Sequence record: NC_054932.1
Direction: 5' to 3' (one strand)
Length of the DNA: 64,000 nucleotides
Source: Escherichia phage teqdroes
A model generated the notes under the pieces. That model saw nothing but the letters and a program-made list of their open reading frames with translations, searched no databases and was not told the origin of the DNA. Positions 37,982 through 47,360 of the stretch are shown here, piece after piece; position 1 is the stretch's first letter; every line of letters begins with the position of its first letter. A program made the position numbers and the translations under genes.

Positions 37982-38178
37982 ATCAACCCAACTAAAGCAA
38001 ATGCTAAATCTACAAATGTATCAAGAGTAACTACTGGAATATTAACACCATGAGCAATAGCAATTGGTGATAAAACAAAATTCCAGAGTAAAATTCCTAT
38101 CATAGCAGAAATAGTAAAAGCTATACGTTTTTTATTACCTTTTATGGCATTAACAAGTGCCATTAATTTTTGTACCAT
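37978..38178 (-). CDS. antisense small membrane protein, 66 aa
   Basis: ORF track; AAGGAGG 4 nt before ATG on minus strand; two hydrophobic helices. Confidence 0.4.
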   Translation of the reverse strand: MVQKLMALVNAIKGNKKRIAFTISAMIGILLWNFVLSPIAIAHGVNIPVVTLDTFVDLAFALVGLI

Positions 38179-38190
38179 GTGTCCTCCTTA

Positions 38191-38215
38191 TTGCTTTATA
38201 TATTTATTGTATAAT
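38191..38215 (+). promoter_or_regulatory. MotA-dependent middle promoter for gene 56
   Basis: MotA box TTGCTTTA, 11 bp, TATAAT. Confidence 0.5.
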
Positions 38216-38249
38216 TAATCTACTAACCCATGAATTGAAAGGAAAAATA

Positions 38250-38768
38250 ATGGCATACTTTAATGAATGTTCACAACTGATTGAAGGCGCTGATAAAGCT
38301 CAAAATGAATACTGGGATATTCTCGGTGATGAAAAAGACCCGCTGCAGGTTATGCTTGATATGCAGAAATCTTTGCAGGTTCGTTTAGCTAAAGATAAAC
38401 CTGAATATAACCGTCATCCTGATGATTTGGCTACTGCCGGTGAAGTTGTTGATTGGCTACGTAATCAGAAAGACTATATTGATGATGAATTCCGTGAACT
38501 TCTGACTTCTCTTGGTGGTATGAGCAATGGCGAAAAAGATGCATCTGCTGTATGGAAACCTTGGAAGTCGCAACATGGTGAACGCCGTGAAACTCTGATT
38601 ACTGATTTGTCTCCGCAAGACCAGCTGGAAATTAAATTTGAAATGATTGATATTCTTCATTTCGTTCTGAATATGTTCCAAGGTCTTGGTCTTACTGCTG
38701 AAGAAATCTTTAAACTTTATTATCTGAAAAATGCAGAAAATTTCGCACGTCAAGACAGAGGTTATTAA
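38250..38768 (+). CDS. 56: dCTP pyrophosphatase gp56 (MazG-like)
   Basis: 172 aa from internal ATG; the ORF-track start at 38157 lies inside the promoter. Confidence 0.85.
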   Translation: MAYFNECSQLIEGADKAQNEYWDILGDEKDPLQVMLDMQKSLQVRLAKDKPEYNRHPDDLATAGEVVDWLRNQKDYIDDEFRELLTSLGGMSNGEKDASAVWKPWKSQHGERRETLITDLSPQDQLEIKFEMIDILHFVLNMFQGLGLTAEEIFKLYYLKNAENFARQDRGY

Positions 38769-39175
38769 TGGCTCGTTTAAATAAACGCCAGCTTAAGAAA
38801 GCCCGCAAGAAACGTATTGACCAGCTATTTAAAGATTATGACAAGGGGCTCGTATGTGAGCTCTTAACTAATCAGCTTCGTATGGTTGATTGGGTTGTAA
38901 AAGAAGGTCCTGACGAAATTTTTGTCAGTGAAGAAGCCTTAAAAATTAATTATAGAGCATTCAAAATGAAATTTGATTTTTATGCATGGCAAAAAGCCGG
39001 GAGACCGGCTAGTAGAGCATTTGGTTCTGATGGATATAATATTAGAGCCCATTGGAAATTTAATGCTCCAGAAGATTATTCTCCGGTAATTATTAACGGT
39101 GATGTTGTTATATTAACTAAAATTGGGTATTTTAACGTTCCGCGAGAATTTATTATAAATAGTCATGTAATTTAA
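38768..39175 (+). CDS. hypothetical protein with basic N-terminus, 135 aa
   Basis: ORF track; N-terminus MARLNKRQLKKARKKR. Confidence 0.55.
   Translation: MARLNKRQLKKARKKRIDQLFKDYDKGLVCELLTNQLRMVDWVVKEGPDEIFVSEEALKINYRAFKMKFDFYAWQKAGRPASRAFGSDGYNIRAHWKFNAPEDYSPVIINGDVVILTKIGYFNVPREFIINSHVI
39154..39161 (+). promoter_or_regulatory. late promoter TATAAATA for soc
   Basis: Exact TATAAATA about 30 nt upstream of the soc ATG. Confidence 0.6.
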
Positions 39176-39191
39176 ATAAAAGGAGAATTAC

Positions 39192-39437
39192 ATGGCTAGT
39201 ACTCGCGGTTATGTTAATATCAAAACATTTGAGCAGAAATTAGATGGAAATAAGAAAATTGAAGGAAAGGAAATTTCCGTAGCTTTCCCTCTTTATTCTG
39301 ACGTTCACAAAATTTCTGGTGCTCATTATCAGACATTCCCTTCAGAAAAAGCAGCATATTCTACAGTATATGAAGAAAATCAATGTACTGAATGGATTGC
39401 TGCAAATGAAGATTTGTGGAAAGTAACTGGTGAATAA
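39192..39437 (+). CDS. soc: small outer capsid protein Soc
   Basis: 81 aa; MASTRGYVNIKTFEQKLDGNKKIEGKEISVAF matches T4 Soc. Confidence 0.88.
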   Translation: MASTRGYVNIKTFEQKLDGNKKIEGKEISVAFPLYSDVHKISGAHYQTFPSEKAAYSTVYEENQCTEWIAANEDLWKVTGE

Positions 39438-39443
39438 ATTCAA

Positions 39444-39467
39444 GGACTCCTTCGGGAGTCCTTTTTT
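39444..39467 (+). terminator. intrinsic terminator
   Basis: GGACTCC-TTCG-GGAGTCC plus TTTTTT. Confidence 0.65.
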
Positions 39468-39477
39468 CATTTAAATG

Positions 39478-39507
39478 GTTTACTTTCCAAAATGAGTATG
39501 GTATAAT
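39478..39507 (+). promoter_or_regulatory. T4-type early promoter
   Basis: GTTTAC, 18-bp spacer, TGG-TATAAT. Confidence 0.55.
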
Positions 39508-39533
39508 AAAATTATCTTATAGAGGAGAGCACT

Positions 39534-39740
39534 ATGTTAAATCGCTGGATTAAACCAAATGAAGATTTAGATATTATCATTTCACGACATGTAATGAAGA
39601 AATATGAACTACAGCCATGGTCTACAGAAGTTGTTGTGCATTCATTTATGATGTACGCAGATGGTTCTGTCGAATTTAATGCAGAGATTCGATATGATTA
39701 TGGCGAGAAGCAAGTCGAATTTAAGAGAGGCTTTTTGTAA
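39534..39740 (+). CDS. hypothetical protein, 68 aa
   Basis: ORF track. Confidence 0.5.
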   Translation: MLNRWIKPNEDLDIIISRHVMKKYELQPWSTEVVVHSFMMYADGSVEFNAEIRYDYGEKQVEFKRGFL

Positions 39741-40081
39741 TGTTTATCTTTAATTGGTTTAAAAGTTTCTTTACAGATTTTTTCTCTACGACTCCTGGAG
39801 AAGGTGTAGTTCCTATTTCAAATGACTACCTTCCTTTAACTGTAGTTGAGTATGTTTATATGGGAGATGGAACAGTAGAAGCAGTTACTATGACTTATGA
39901 AGAAGCCCAAGAATATTATAAAAATCCTTGGCGCTGGTCAACACCTACTGCATCATCTAACACACAGAATACACAGTCTAGTTCTGATTCATATGACACC
40001 AATGTTCCTGTTCATGTATGGACGGGCGATTCATGTGGAAGTTCTTGTGATTCTAGTTGTTCATCTACATCTTGCGATTGA
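39740..40081 (+). CDS. hypothetical protein with Cys/Ser-rich C-terminal tail, 113 aa
   Basis: C-terminus [19 protein letters not shown]. Confidence 0.5.
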   Translation: MFIFNWFKSFFTDFFSTTPGEGVVPISNDYLPLTVVEYVYMGDGTVEAVTMTYEEAQEYYKNPWRWSTPTASSNTQNTQSSSDSYDTNVPVHVWTGDSCGSSCDSSCSSTSCD

Positions 40082-40089
40082 GGAAAATT

Positions 40090-40575
40090 ATGGAAGCAAT
40101 TTTGTTTGAAATGTCTATCAATAGTATTAGTATGGCGTTTGTCAAGGATGTTCCAATTACCGTAGCAGTAATGATTGATAAAAGATATGACAATGACATG
40201 TATCTAGTAGAAGATTTTATTTCAATGCCAATTCCAGAAGATGTTGAAATAAAACTTAAAAAGATCGGAATTATTGAAAATGTACAAAATTCTCCATTTA
40301 TGGCAATTCAAGCATTTACTAAATCTAACTATATTGATGTTGCTGAAGCATATTATAATAATAAACCGCTGCCATTATATTCATATGATTCAATATATGA
40401 CTGGAAAATAGATAAGGGAAATAAATTTATAATTACGGAAGAAAATGCGCTATCATATTTTATTACCTCTTTATGGAATAATTTAAATCCAAAATTGCTA
40501 AAAATTCATGAATTTGACGATGCTCCTACTATTGTTTTAGGTAAAATAAATGAAAGTTCTGAAGAAAATGCTTGA
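40090..40575 (+). CDS. hypothetical protein, 161 aa
   Basis: ATG after GAGGAAA; ORF-track longer form overlaps the previous gene. Confidence 0.5.
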   Translation: MEAILFEMSINSISMAFVKDVPITVAVMIDKRYDNDMYLVEDFISMPIPEDVEIKLKKIGIIENVQNSPFMAIQAFTKSNYIDVAEAYYNNKPLPLYSYDSIYDWKIDKGNKFIITEENALSYFITSLWNNLNPKLLKIHEFDDAPTIVLGKINESSEENA

Positions 40576-40753
40576 ATGGTTCAATAGACCAAACTCAATG
40601 TATATTGATGATGGTTGGGTTGAACAGGCAAATAAAGAAATGCAGAACGAATCGGAAGAATGGATGAAATCAATGATTAGTGCTGAGAAAGAAAAGAAAT
40701 TAGAACGCTCAGCACTTAAATTGATGAGAGACATCTATGGGGATAAATCATGA
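40568..40753 (+). CDS. hypothetical protein; start 40550 or 40568
   Basis: ORF track 40550-40753; second ATG overlaps upstream stop. Confidence 0.4.
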   Translation: MLEWFNRPNSMYIDDGWVEQANKEMQNESEEWMKSMISAEKEKKLERSALKLMRDIYGDKS

Positions 40754-40914
40754 ACAAGAACATGACGTTAGAAGAGGCTAAAGCTAAAGCAAATGAAGCA
40801 CTGGATTTGCTTCTTAAAATCGGTAGTAAAATGATGGAAGAAAATGAGAAATATATCCAGGAAAACAAAATTCCCGATGATCCATTAGTAGGCAAAAGGA
40901 AATCACATGATTGA
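40750..40914 (+). CDS. small hypothetical protein, 54 aa
   Basis: Not in ORF track; ATGA overlap upstream and downstream. Confidence 0.35.
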   Translation: MNKNMTLEEAKAKANEALDLLLKIGSKMMEENEKYIQENKIPDDPLVGKRKSHD

Positions 40915-41377
40915 AGTAGCAAAACATTATTCAATAGAATTTATGTCTAAAGAAGGTAAATCAGTAAATACACTTGATAAAAAATGCTCGTTAATTATTC
41001 CTTTAGCAGAAAATCCGGATTTTTTAATTAAAGATATAAAAGAAAGAAAATATCCAGAAAATGTTATTCTAATTATAAAGCATACTGAAGATATTTTGCA
41101 GAATACAGATTCACCATTTTCTTCTTCTGAAGCTTTAACTATTAAAGGCTATAAAAGAGCTCATGAATATGGTCTTTTTGACTTGTTTGAAGATGATAAA
41201 GTTAAATTAGTGAGTCAGCCTTCTAAAAGTAAAACATTCATTATTGAAGATATTAAAGACATAAATGCATTTGTTAAGATGGTCTGGGCTCATTTTGATG
41301 TTGGACTACGCTGGAGAATGTCCGAAGAAGAAAGAAAGATCATTGAAACTAATCGTCAATTTGGTTTTTATCGCTAG
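40907..41377 (+). CDS. hypothetical protein, 156 aa
   Basis: ORF track. Confidence 0.5.
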   Translation: MIEVAKHYSIEFMSKEGKSVNTLDKKCSLIIPLAENPDFLIKDIKERKYPENVILIIKHTEDILQNTDSPFSSSEALTIKGYKRAHEYGLFDLFEDDKVKLVSQPSKSKTFIIEDIKDINAFVKMVWAHFDVGLRWRMSEEERKIIETNRQFGFYR

Positions 41378-41385
41378 GAATTAGT

Positions 41386-41568
41386 ATGGATTTATTTGAG
41401 ATGTTAGAAGATAATCATTCTACGAATATCCAGAATGATTCTAGTGATTATAAGAAAGAATACCGTATAGTATTACAGAATTATGGAATTGAAGCCCCAG
41501 ATGCTCTTCTAGAAGAACTGGCTTCATACCATCTTGACCCTCCGCCTTGGGCTCCCTGGGCAAAATAA
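41386..41568 (+). CDS. hypothetical acidic protein, 60 aa
   Basis: ORF track. Confidence 0.45.
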   Translation: MDLFEMLEDNHSTNIQNDSSDYKKEYRIVLQNYGIEAPDALLEELASYHLDPPPWAPWAK

Positions 41569-41579
41569 TTTAAAAAGTT

Positions 41580-41609
41580 GTTTACTTTCCTTTCTAACGA
41601 TGATATGAT
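41580..41609 (+). promoter_or_regulatory. T4-type early promoter
   Basis: GTTTAC, 18-bp spacer, TATGAT. Confidence 0.5.
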
Positions 41610-41635
41610 AGCTTCTGAAGTATACGGAGGCTATC

Positions 41636-42259
41636 ATGATTATTAATCCAGCAGATGTTGAACAGTTATCTATAAAAGCTGAAAGTGTTGATTTTCAATA
41701 TGATATGTATAAAAAGGTCTGTGAAAAATTTACTGACTTTGAGCAGTCAATTCTTTGGCAATGTATGGAAGCTAAAAAGAATGAAGCTCTTCATCGGCAG
41801 TTGAATAAAATCGTTAAAAAGCATTTAACTAAATCGCCTTATCAGTTATATCGTGGTATATCAAAATCAACAAAAGAACTCATTAAAGATTTACAAGTTG
41901 GAGAAGTGTTTTCAACGAACAGGGTAGATTCATTTACTACTAGTTTGCATACAGCATGCTCTTTTTCTTATGCTGAATATTTCACTGAAATAATATTTCG
42001 CTTAAAAACTGATAAAGCTTTTAATTATTCTGACCATATCAGCGATATTATACTTTCTTCTCCAAATACTGAGTTCAAGTATACATATGAAGATACTGAT
42101 GGATTAGATTCAGAACGTACTGATAACTTAATGATGATTGTACATGAACAAGAATGGATGATTCCAATTGGAAAGTATAGAATAACTTCTATTTCAAAAG
42201 AAAAATTACACGATTCGTTTGGAACATTTAAAGTTTATGATATTGAGGTAGTTGAATGA
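41636..42259 (+). CDS. modB: ADP-ribosyltransferase ModB
   Basis: 207 aa; R (LYRGIS), S-T-S and EQE motifs; paralogue of the downstream gene. Confidence 0.75.
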   Translation: MIINPADVEQLSIKAESVDFQYDMYKKVCEKFTDFEQSILWQCMEAKKNEALHRQLNKIVKKHLTKSPYQLYRGISKSTKELIKDLQVGEVFSTNRVDSFTTSLHTACSFSYAEYFTEIIFRLKTDKAFNYSDHISDIILSSPNTEFKYTYEDTDGLDSERTDNLMMIVHEQEWMIPIGKYRITSISKEKLHDSFGTFKVYDIEVVE

Positions 42260-42858
42260 AATATTCAGCAATGCAATTAAATGATTTTAAAATCAAATCA
42301 ATGGATGCATCGGTGCGTGCTTCTATTCGTGAAGAATTACTTTCTGAAGGGTTTAATTTATCCGAAATTGAACTTTTAATTCATTGTATTACTAATAAGC
42401 CAGATGACCATACTTGGTTAAATGAAATAATCAAATCTCGTTTGGTTCCAAACGATAAACCTCTTTGGAGAGGTGTTCCAGCTGAGACTAAACAAGTATT
42501 AAATCAAGGAATTGATATTATTACATTTGATAAAGTAGTATCAGCTTCATATGATAAAAATATAGCTCTACATTTTGCTTCTGGTTTAGAATATAACACA
42601 CAAGTTATTTTTGAATTCAAAGCTCCCATGGTATTCAATTTCCAGGAGTATGCTATAAAAGCTCTACGATGTAAAGAATATAATCCAAGCTTTAAATTTC
42701 CGGATAGCCATCGCTATCGTAATATGGAATTAGTTTCAGATGAACAGGAAGTAATGATACCAGCTGGAAGTGTATTTAGAATTGCAGATAGATATGAGTA
42801 TAAAAAGTATTCAACATACACTATCTATACTCTTGATTTTGAAGGATTTAATCTATAA
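42256..42858 (+). CDS. modA: ADP-ribosyltransferase ModA
   Basis: 200 aa; R (LWRGVP), S-A-S and EQE motifs. Confidence 0.75.
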   Translation: MKYSAMQLNDFKIKSMDASVRASIREELLSEGFNLSEIELLIHCITNKPDDHTWLNEIIKSRLVPNDKPLWRGVPAETKQVLNQGIDIITFDKVVSASYDKNIALHFASGLEYNTQVIFEFKAPMVFNFQEYAIKALRCKEYNPSFKFPDSHRYRNMELVSDEQEVMIPAGSVFRIADRYEYKKYSTYTIYTLDFEGFNL

Positions 42859-42915
42859 TGGAAGGACTTAGATTCATTATACCACGAAAGTTTTAAAGCA
42901 TTTTTACATAAAGTT

Positions 42916-42945
42916 GTTTACAAGCTAAGGTAAAAATGTTATAGT
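42916..42945 (+). promoter_or_regulatory. T4-type early promoter
   Basis: GTTTAC, 18-bp spacer, TATAGT. Confidence 0.55.
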
Positions 42946-42981
42946 ATAAGTAGTTAACCGTCCGTAAGATGTGAGAAAAAT

Positions 42982-43737
42982 ATGAAACTGCATAATATGT
43001 CTAATAATCAAATTCGTAAAATTAAACGTCGTTTAGAGCATACTCAGGCATCTGCAAAAAGACGTTCTAAAGATTTTAACTTAGACTTCAATTACATTAA
43101 GAACATTTTAGATCAGAAAGTTTGTGCTTACTCGGGAGAACCTTTTGATAATCGTATTGAAGGAGAGAAATTATCATTAGAACGTTTTGATAATAACGTT
43201 GGATATATTAAAGGGAATGTTATTGCAGTAAAGAAAAAGTATAATACATTTCGTTCTGATTATACTTTAGAGGAGTTGATTGAAAAGCGTGATTTATTTG
43301 CTTTGCGAATTGGTCGTTCATCTGCGAAAAAAGTTCATAAACTAAATTTAGATGAAAAGAAATGGGCTAAAATCAAAAAGACTTATAATCAAATTAAAGC
43401 TATACAGAAAAAACGTGAAAACCGAATTGAACACGTTTCTCAGCTTTCTAAATCAAAACAGACCTCTGACATTAAGCTAAGAATTATAGCACTTAAAGCT
43501 CGTATTGATGGTTCTCGCATAGCTGAAGGCGCTGAAGTTGTTAAATTGAACGTTCTTCTTAAAGGCTCGGATTGGAAAATTGTGAAAAAGTTGTCAGAAG
43601 CAGAAATGCAATATGATATGTGTGATAAAATTATTCAAGGTGTAGAGCGGTATCAAAACTTGTCTTTTATTGATAAACTTAAACTGAAAAGAGGATATCC
43701 GCTAAATTGTTCAATTTTTAAACTTATCCGAGGATAA
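42982..43737 (+). CDS. srd: Srd-like protein, 251 aa
   Basis: Position upstream of dda as in T4; basic helical protein. Confidence 0.6.
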   Translation: MKLHNMSNNQIRKIKRRLEHTQASAKRRSKDFNLDFNYIKNILDQKVCAYSGEPFDNRIEGEKLSLERFDNNVGYIKGNVIAVKKKYNTFRSDYTLEELIEKRDLFALRIGRSSAKKVHKLNLDEKKWAKIKKTYNQIKAIQKKRENRIEHVSQLSKSKQTSDIKLRIIALKARIDGSRIAEGAEVVKLNVLLKGSDWKIVKKLSEAEMQYDMCDKIIQGVERYQNLSFIDKLKLKRGYPLNCSIFKLIRG

Positions 43738-43738
43738 T

Positions 43739-44050
43739 ATGGTTTATGTATACGCGATAGTTTACCGAGACAAAGACGGATTTACGGCGCCAGTTCCGCT
43801 TGATGAACATCGTCCTGCTGTATTTTTTGAATGGAAGATTGCTGATAAAGTATTTACCACTCTTAAAGAGCAGTATCAACTAGCTTTAGGTAAGGGAATT
43901 CCAAGATTAGTTGAGACTCCACGTAAATTTTGGTTTAATAAAATAGAAGTTAAACATGTTAAGCCTGACGTAGACACACAAAGATTATATCAGCGAATTT
44001 TAGATACTGGGCGTATTGTTAGTATACCAATTGCAGGGAATTTACGATGA
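43739..44050 (+). CDS. hypothetical protein, 103 aa
   Basis: ORF track. Confidence 0.5.
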   Translation: MVYVYAIVYRDKDGFTAPVPLDEHRPAVFFEWKIADKVFTTLKEQYQLALGKGIPRLVETPRKFWFNKIEVKHVKPDVDTQRLYQRILDTGRIVSIPIAGNLR

Positions 44051-45366
44051 CATTTGATGATTTGACCGAAGGCCAGAAAAATGCCTTTAACATCGTTATG
44101 AAGGCTATTAAAGAAAAGAAACATCATGTAACTATTAATGGACCTGCTGGTACCGGTAAGACTACTCTTACCAAATTCATCATTGAAGCCCTAATATCTA
44201 CGGGTGAAACTGGTATTATTTTAGCAGCTCCTACGCATGCGGCTAAAAAGATTCTTTCAAAACTATCAGGGAAAGAAGCGAGTACTATTCATAGTATTCT
44301 TAAAATTAACCCAGTAACATATGAAGAAAACGTTCTTTTTGAACAGAAGGAAGTACCAGATTTAGCTAAATGCAGGGTATTAATCTGCGACGAAGTGTCA
44401 ATGTATGATAGAAAGCTATTTAAAATTTTGCTTTCAACTATTCCACCTTGGTGTACTATAATTGGAATAGGTGATAATAAGCAAATTAGACCTGTTGACC
44501 CAGGAGAAAATACTGCTTATATCAGTCCATTCTTTACACACAAAGATTTTTATCAGTGTGAACTTACTGAAGTTAAACGCAGTAATGCTCCTATTATTGA
44601 TGTAGCTACTGATGTTCGTAACGGTAAGTGGATTTATGATAAAGTTGTTGACGGGCATGGAGTACGTGGATTTACTGGTGATACCGCTTTACGCGATTTT
44701 ATGGTAAATTATTTTTCAATCGTCAAATCTTTAGATGATTTGTTTGAAAATCGCGTAATGGCATTTACGAATAAATCTGTTGACAAGTTAAATAGCATTA
44801 TTCGTAAAAAGATTTTTGAAACTGATAAAGATTTTATTGTTGGTGAAATTATTGTAATGCAGGAACCATTAATTAAAACATATAAAATTGATGGAAAGCC
44901 TGTGTCAGAAATTATTTTTAATAACGGACAATTAGTTCGTATTATAGAAGCAGAGTATACATCAACGTTTGTTAAAGCTCGTGGTGTTCCTGGAGAATAC
45001 TTAATTCGTCATTGGGATTTAACAGTAGAAACTTACGGCGATGATGAATATTATCGTGAAAAGATTAAAATAATTTCATCTGATGAAGAATTGTATAAGT
45101 TTAACCTATTTTTAGGTAAAACGGCAGAAACTTATAAAAATTGGAACAAAGGCGGAAAAGCTCCATGGAGTGATTTTTGGGATGCTAAATCACAGTTTAG
45201 TAAAGTGAAAGCACTTCCTGCATCAACATTCCATAAAGCTCAGGGTATGTCTGTAGACCGTGCTTTCATTTATACGCCTTGTATTCATTATGCAGATGCT
45301 GAATTGGCCCAACAACTTCTTTATGTTGGTGTTACCCGTGGTCGTTATGATGTGTTTTATGTGTGA
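44047..45366 (+). CDS. dda: Dda DNA helicase (SF1B)
   Basis: 439 aa; Walker A GPAGTGKT; N-terminus MTFDDLTEGQKNAFNIV. Confidence 0.92.
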   Translation: MTFDDLTEGQKNAFNIVMKAIKEKKHHVTINGPAGTGKTTLTKFIIEALISTGETGIILAAPTHAAKKILSKLSGKEASTIHSILKINPVTYEENVLFEQKEVPDLAKCRVLICDEVSMYDRKLFKILLSTIPPWCTIIGIGDNKQIRPVDPGENTAYISPFFTHKDFYQCELTEVKRSNAPIIDVATDVRNGKWIYDKVVDGHGVRGFTGDTALRDFMVNYFSIVKSLDDLFENRVMAFTNKSVDKLNSIIRKKIFETDKDFIVGEIIVMQEPLIKTYKIDGKPVSEIIFNNGQLVRIIEAEYTSTFVKARGVPGEYLIRHWDLTVETYGDDEYYREKIKIISSDEELYKFNLFLGKTAETYKNWNKGGKAPWSDFWDAKSQFSKVKALPASTFHKAQGMSVDRAFIYTPCIHYADAELAQQLLYVGVTRGRYDVFYV

Positions 45367-45372
45367 GGCTAT

Positions 45373-45633
45373 ATGATTAACATCAATTCAAAATATTTAA
45401 ATCGTCTAATAGATGGTATAAGGAAGCATACTAATAAGCAAGATAATCTTAATGTTATGGTAACAGGAGCTGAGCTCCTTCATAAGCTTTATCTTATAAG
45501 TGATACTATATTAGCAATTAAACGAATTGAAAAACAATCATATCACAGTAATACAGATACGGTAATTACACTAGATGAAAGTGTCTGTAAATTACTAATT
45601 AAATTTGAGGAAGCTATTCGTGGAAATAACTAA
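45373..45633 (+). CDS. hypothetical protein, 86 aa (paralogue set 1 of 3)
   Basis: ORF track. Confidence 0.5.
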   Translation: MININSKYLNRLIDGIRKHTNKQDNLNVMVTGAELLHKLYLISDTILAIKRIEKQSYHSNTDTVITLDESVCKLLIKFEEAIRGNN

Positions 45634-45865
45634 AGATCAGTTTTATCTTCTTCAGGATAAAGTTAGCGAAATTTATGAAATTGCTCATGGTAAAAATCGT
45701 GAAACTGTAAAAATTGAATCTAGTAAGTTGATGCTTCAATTAGAAGAAATTGAACGAGATTTAATTGCGTTAGAATTCTTTTGTGGTGAAGTGAAAACTG
45801 TTACGATCAATGATTACGTTTTAGGCGAAATTAGCTATCTTTATGAGGCGATTATTAATGATTGA
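45605..45865 (+). CDS. hypothetical protein (paralogue set 2 of 3), TTG start, uncertain
   Basis: ORF track; first codon is TTG. Confidence 0.4.
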   Translation: MRKLFVEITKDQFYLLQDKVSEIYEIAHGKNRETVKIESSKLMLQLEEIERDLIALEFFCGEVKTVTINDYVLGEISYLYEAIIND

Positions 45866-46100
45866 GTTGAGTTGGTACCAATTTAAATCTCTTATGACAA
45901 ATGTTAAAGCTGTCATTGAAGAAAATCAGGGTCCTGAAAATATTACTATTCGCGAAAAAGCTTTAAAGATAGTATACAGTCTTGAAGAAATACAAAAAGA
46001 CATTGAATCTATGGCAAAATTTATTGATGAGCCTATCAATAAAGTTTATATTCAAGACTATACTGTAGGTCAAATTCGTGATTTAGCGAGGAAAATTTAA
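45858..46100 (+). CDS. hypothetical protein, 80 aa (paralogue set 3 of 3)
   Basis: ATG after GAGG; shares LEEI.KD and DYxxGxI motifs with the previous ORF. Confidence 0.45.
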   Translation: MIELSWYQFKSLMTNVKAVIEENQGPENITIREKALKIVYSLEEIQKDIESMAKFIDEPINKVYIQDYTVGQIRDLARKI

Positions 46101-46783
46101 TGTTTGATTTTATTATAGATTTTGAAACAATGGGAAGCGGTGAAAAAGCAGCTGTTATTGATTTGGCTGTAATTGCTTTTGACCCTAACCCAGAAGTAGT
46201 TGAAACATTTGATGAATTAGTTTCACGTGGCATTAAAATCAAATTTGATTTAAAAAGCCAAAAAGGACATCGTCTTTTTACTAAAAGCACTATCGAATGG
46301 TGGAAAAATCAGTCTCCTGAAGCTCGAAAAAATATTGCACCATCCGATGAAGATGTAAGCACTATCGATGGTATTGCAAAATTTAATGATTACATCAATG
46401 CACATAATATCGATCCTTGGAAATCTCAAGGTTGGTGCCGTGGAATGTCGTTTGATTTTCCAATTTTAGTCGATCTCATTCGCGATATTCAACGTCTTAA
46501 CGGCGTTTCCGAGAATGAGCTTGATACGTTTAAGTTAGAACCTTGTAAATTCTGGAATCAGCGTGATATTCGTACCAGAATTGAAGCACTTCTGCTTGTT
46601 CGTGATATGACCACATGTCCTCTTCCAAAGGGAACTTTAGATGGATTCGTTGCACATGATTCTATTCATGACTGTGCGAAAGACATCCTGATGATGAAGT
46701 ATGCTTTGCGCTATGCTATGGGTCTTGAAGATGCTCCGTCAGAGGAAGAGTGCGATCCTCTATCTCTTCCAACAAAACGATAA
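46100..46783 (+). CDS. dexA: exonuclease A DexA (DEDD 3'-5' exonuclease)
   Basis: 227 aa; N-terminus MFDFIIDFETMG; length as in T4. Confidence 0.88.
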   Translation: MFDFIIDFETMGSGEKAAVIDLAVIAFDPNPEVVETFDELVSRGIKIKFDLKSQKGHRLFTKSTIEWWKNQSPEARKNIAPSDEDVSTIDGIAKFNDYINAHNIDPWKSQGWCRGMSFDFPILVDLIRDIQRLNGVSENELDTFKLEPCKFWNQRDIRTRIEALLLVRDMTTCPLPKGTLDGFVAHDSIHDCAKDILMMKYALRYAMGLEDAPSEEECDPLSLPTKR

Positions 46784-46789
46784 AAAGTT

Positions 46790-46819
46790 GTTTACTTCCT
46801 CGGTTAGTTGTGGTATTAT
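46790..46819 (+). promoter_or_regulatory. T4-type early promoter
   Basis: GTTTAC, 18-bp spacer, TGG-TATTAT. Confidence 0.55.
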
Positions 46820-46846
46820 AACACCATAGCTACTGAGGATAATAAA

Positions 46847-47350
46847 ATGAAAATTTATCGTGTTGAATCATCATTTAGTATTCTTAATTATGAAGATGCT
46901 ATAACAATACGTCGAGATCTTTGTGTTCAAATAACGCCGTACAGGAGTATAATGGATTCATGGAGCGAAGAGTGGTTATTACACGTAGGTTATGACAGAC
47001 CTAATTTTATGCATCATAGTAATGATAATAAAAGAATTCCTCTTCCGCACGAAGACAAACTATTAGTTAAAAATGCTAATATAGCAATTAATACTAATTT
47101 TGAGAAAGAAGAATATGTAGGCGTAGATCACTATATTCCAGGATGGTTTATAGCTCTTTATCATTTTGCTTTTGCTAGTGAATATGATATGATGAGATGG
47201 TTCACACGAGAAGAGCGTGAAGAATTAGCTTCTAAAGGATTTTATCTCGCTGTATACGAAGTACCTGAAGATAAAGTTATCATTGGTGGGCATCAAGTAA
47301 TGTTCCGCAAGTCACATGCCGAATTAAAAGGCTTTATTACCTTAGATTAA
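46847..47350 (+). CDS. hypothetical protein, 167 aa
   Basis: ATG after GAGGA; the ORF-track start lies in the promoter. Confidence 0.5.
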   Translation: MKIYRVESSFSILNYEDAITIRRDLCVQITPYRSIMDSWSEEWLLHVGYDRPNFMHHSNDNKRIPLPHEDKLLVKNANIAINTNFEKEEYVGVDHYIPGWFIALYHFAFASEYDMMRWFTREEREELASKGFYLAVYEVPEDKVIIGGHQVMFRKSHAELKGFITLD

Positions 47351-47360
47351 AGAGAAAATT

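Noticed and set aside
37982-39191. DNA adenine methyltransferase (dam) gene near gene 56
   Set aside because: No ORF in the window carries a DPPY/NPPY methyltransferase motif; my recollection of where T4 dam sits is uncertain, so absence is noted but not claimed as a difference from T4
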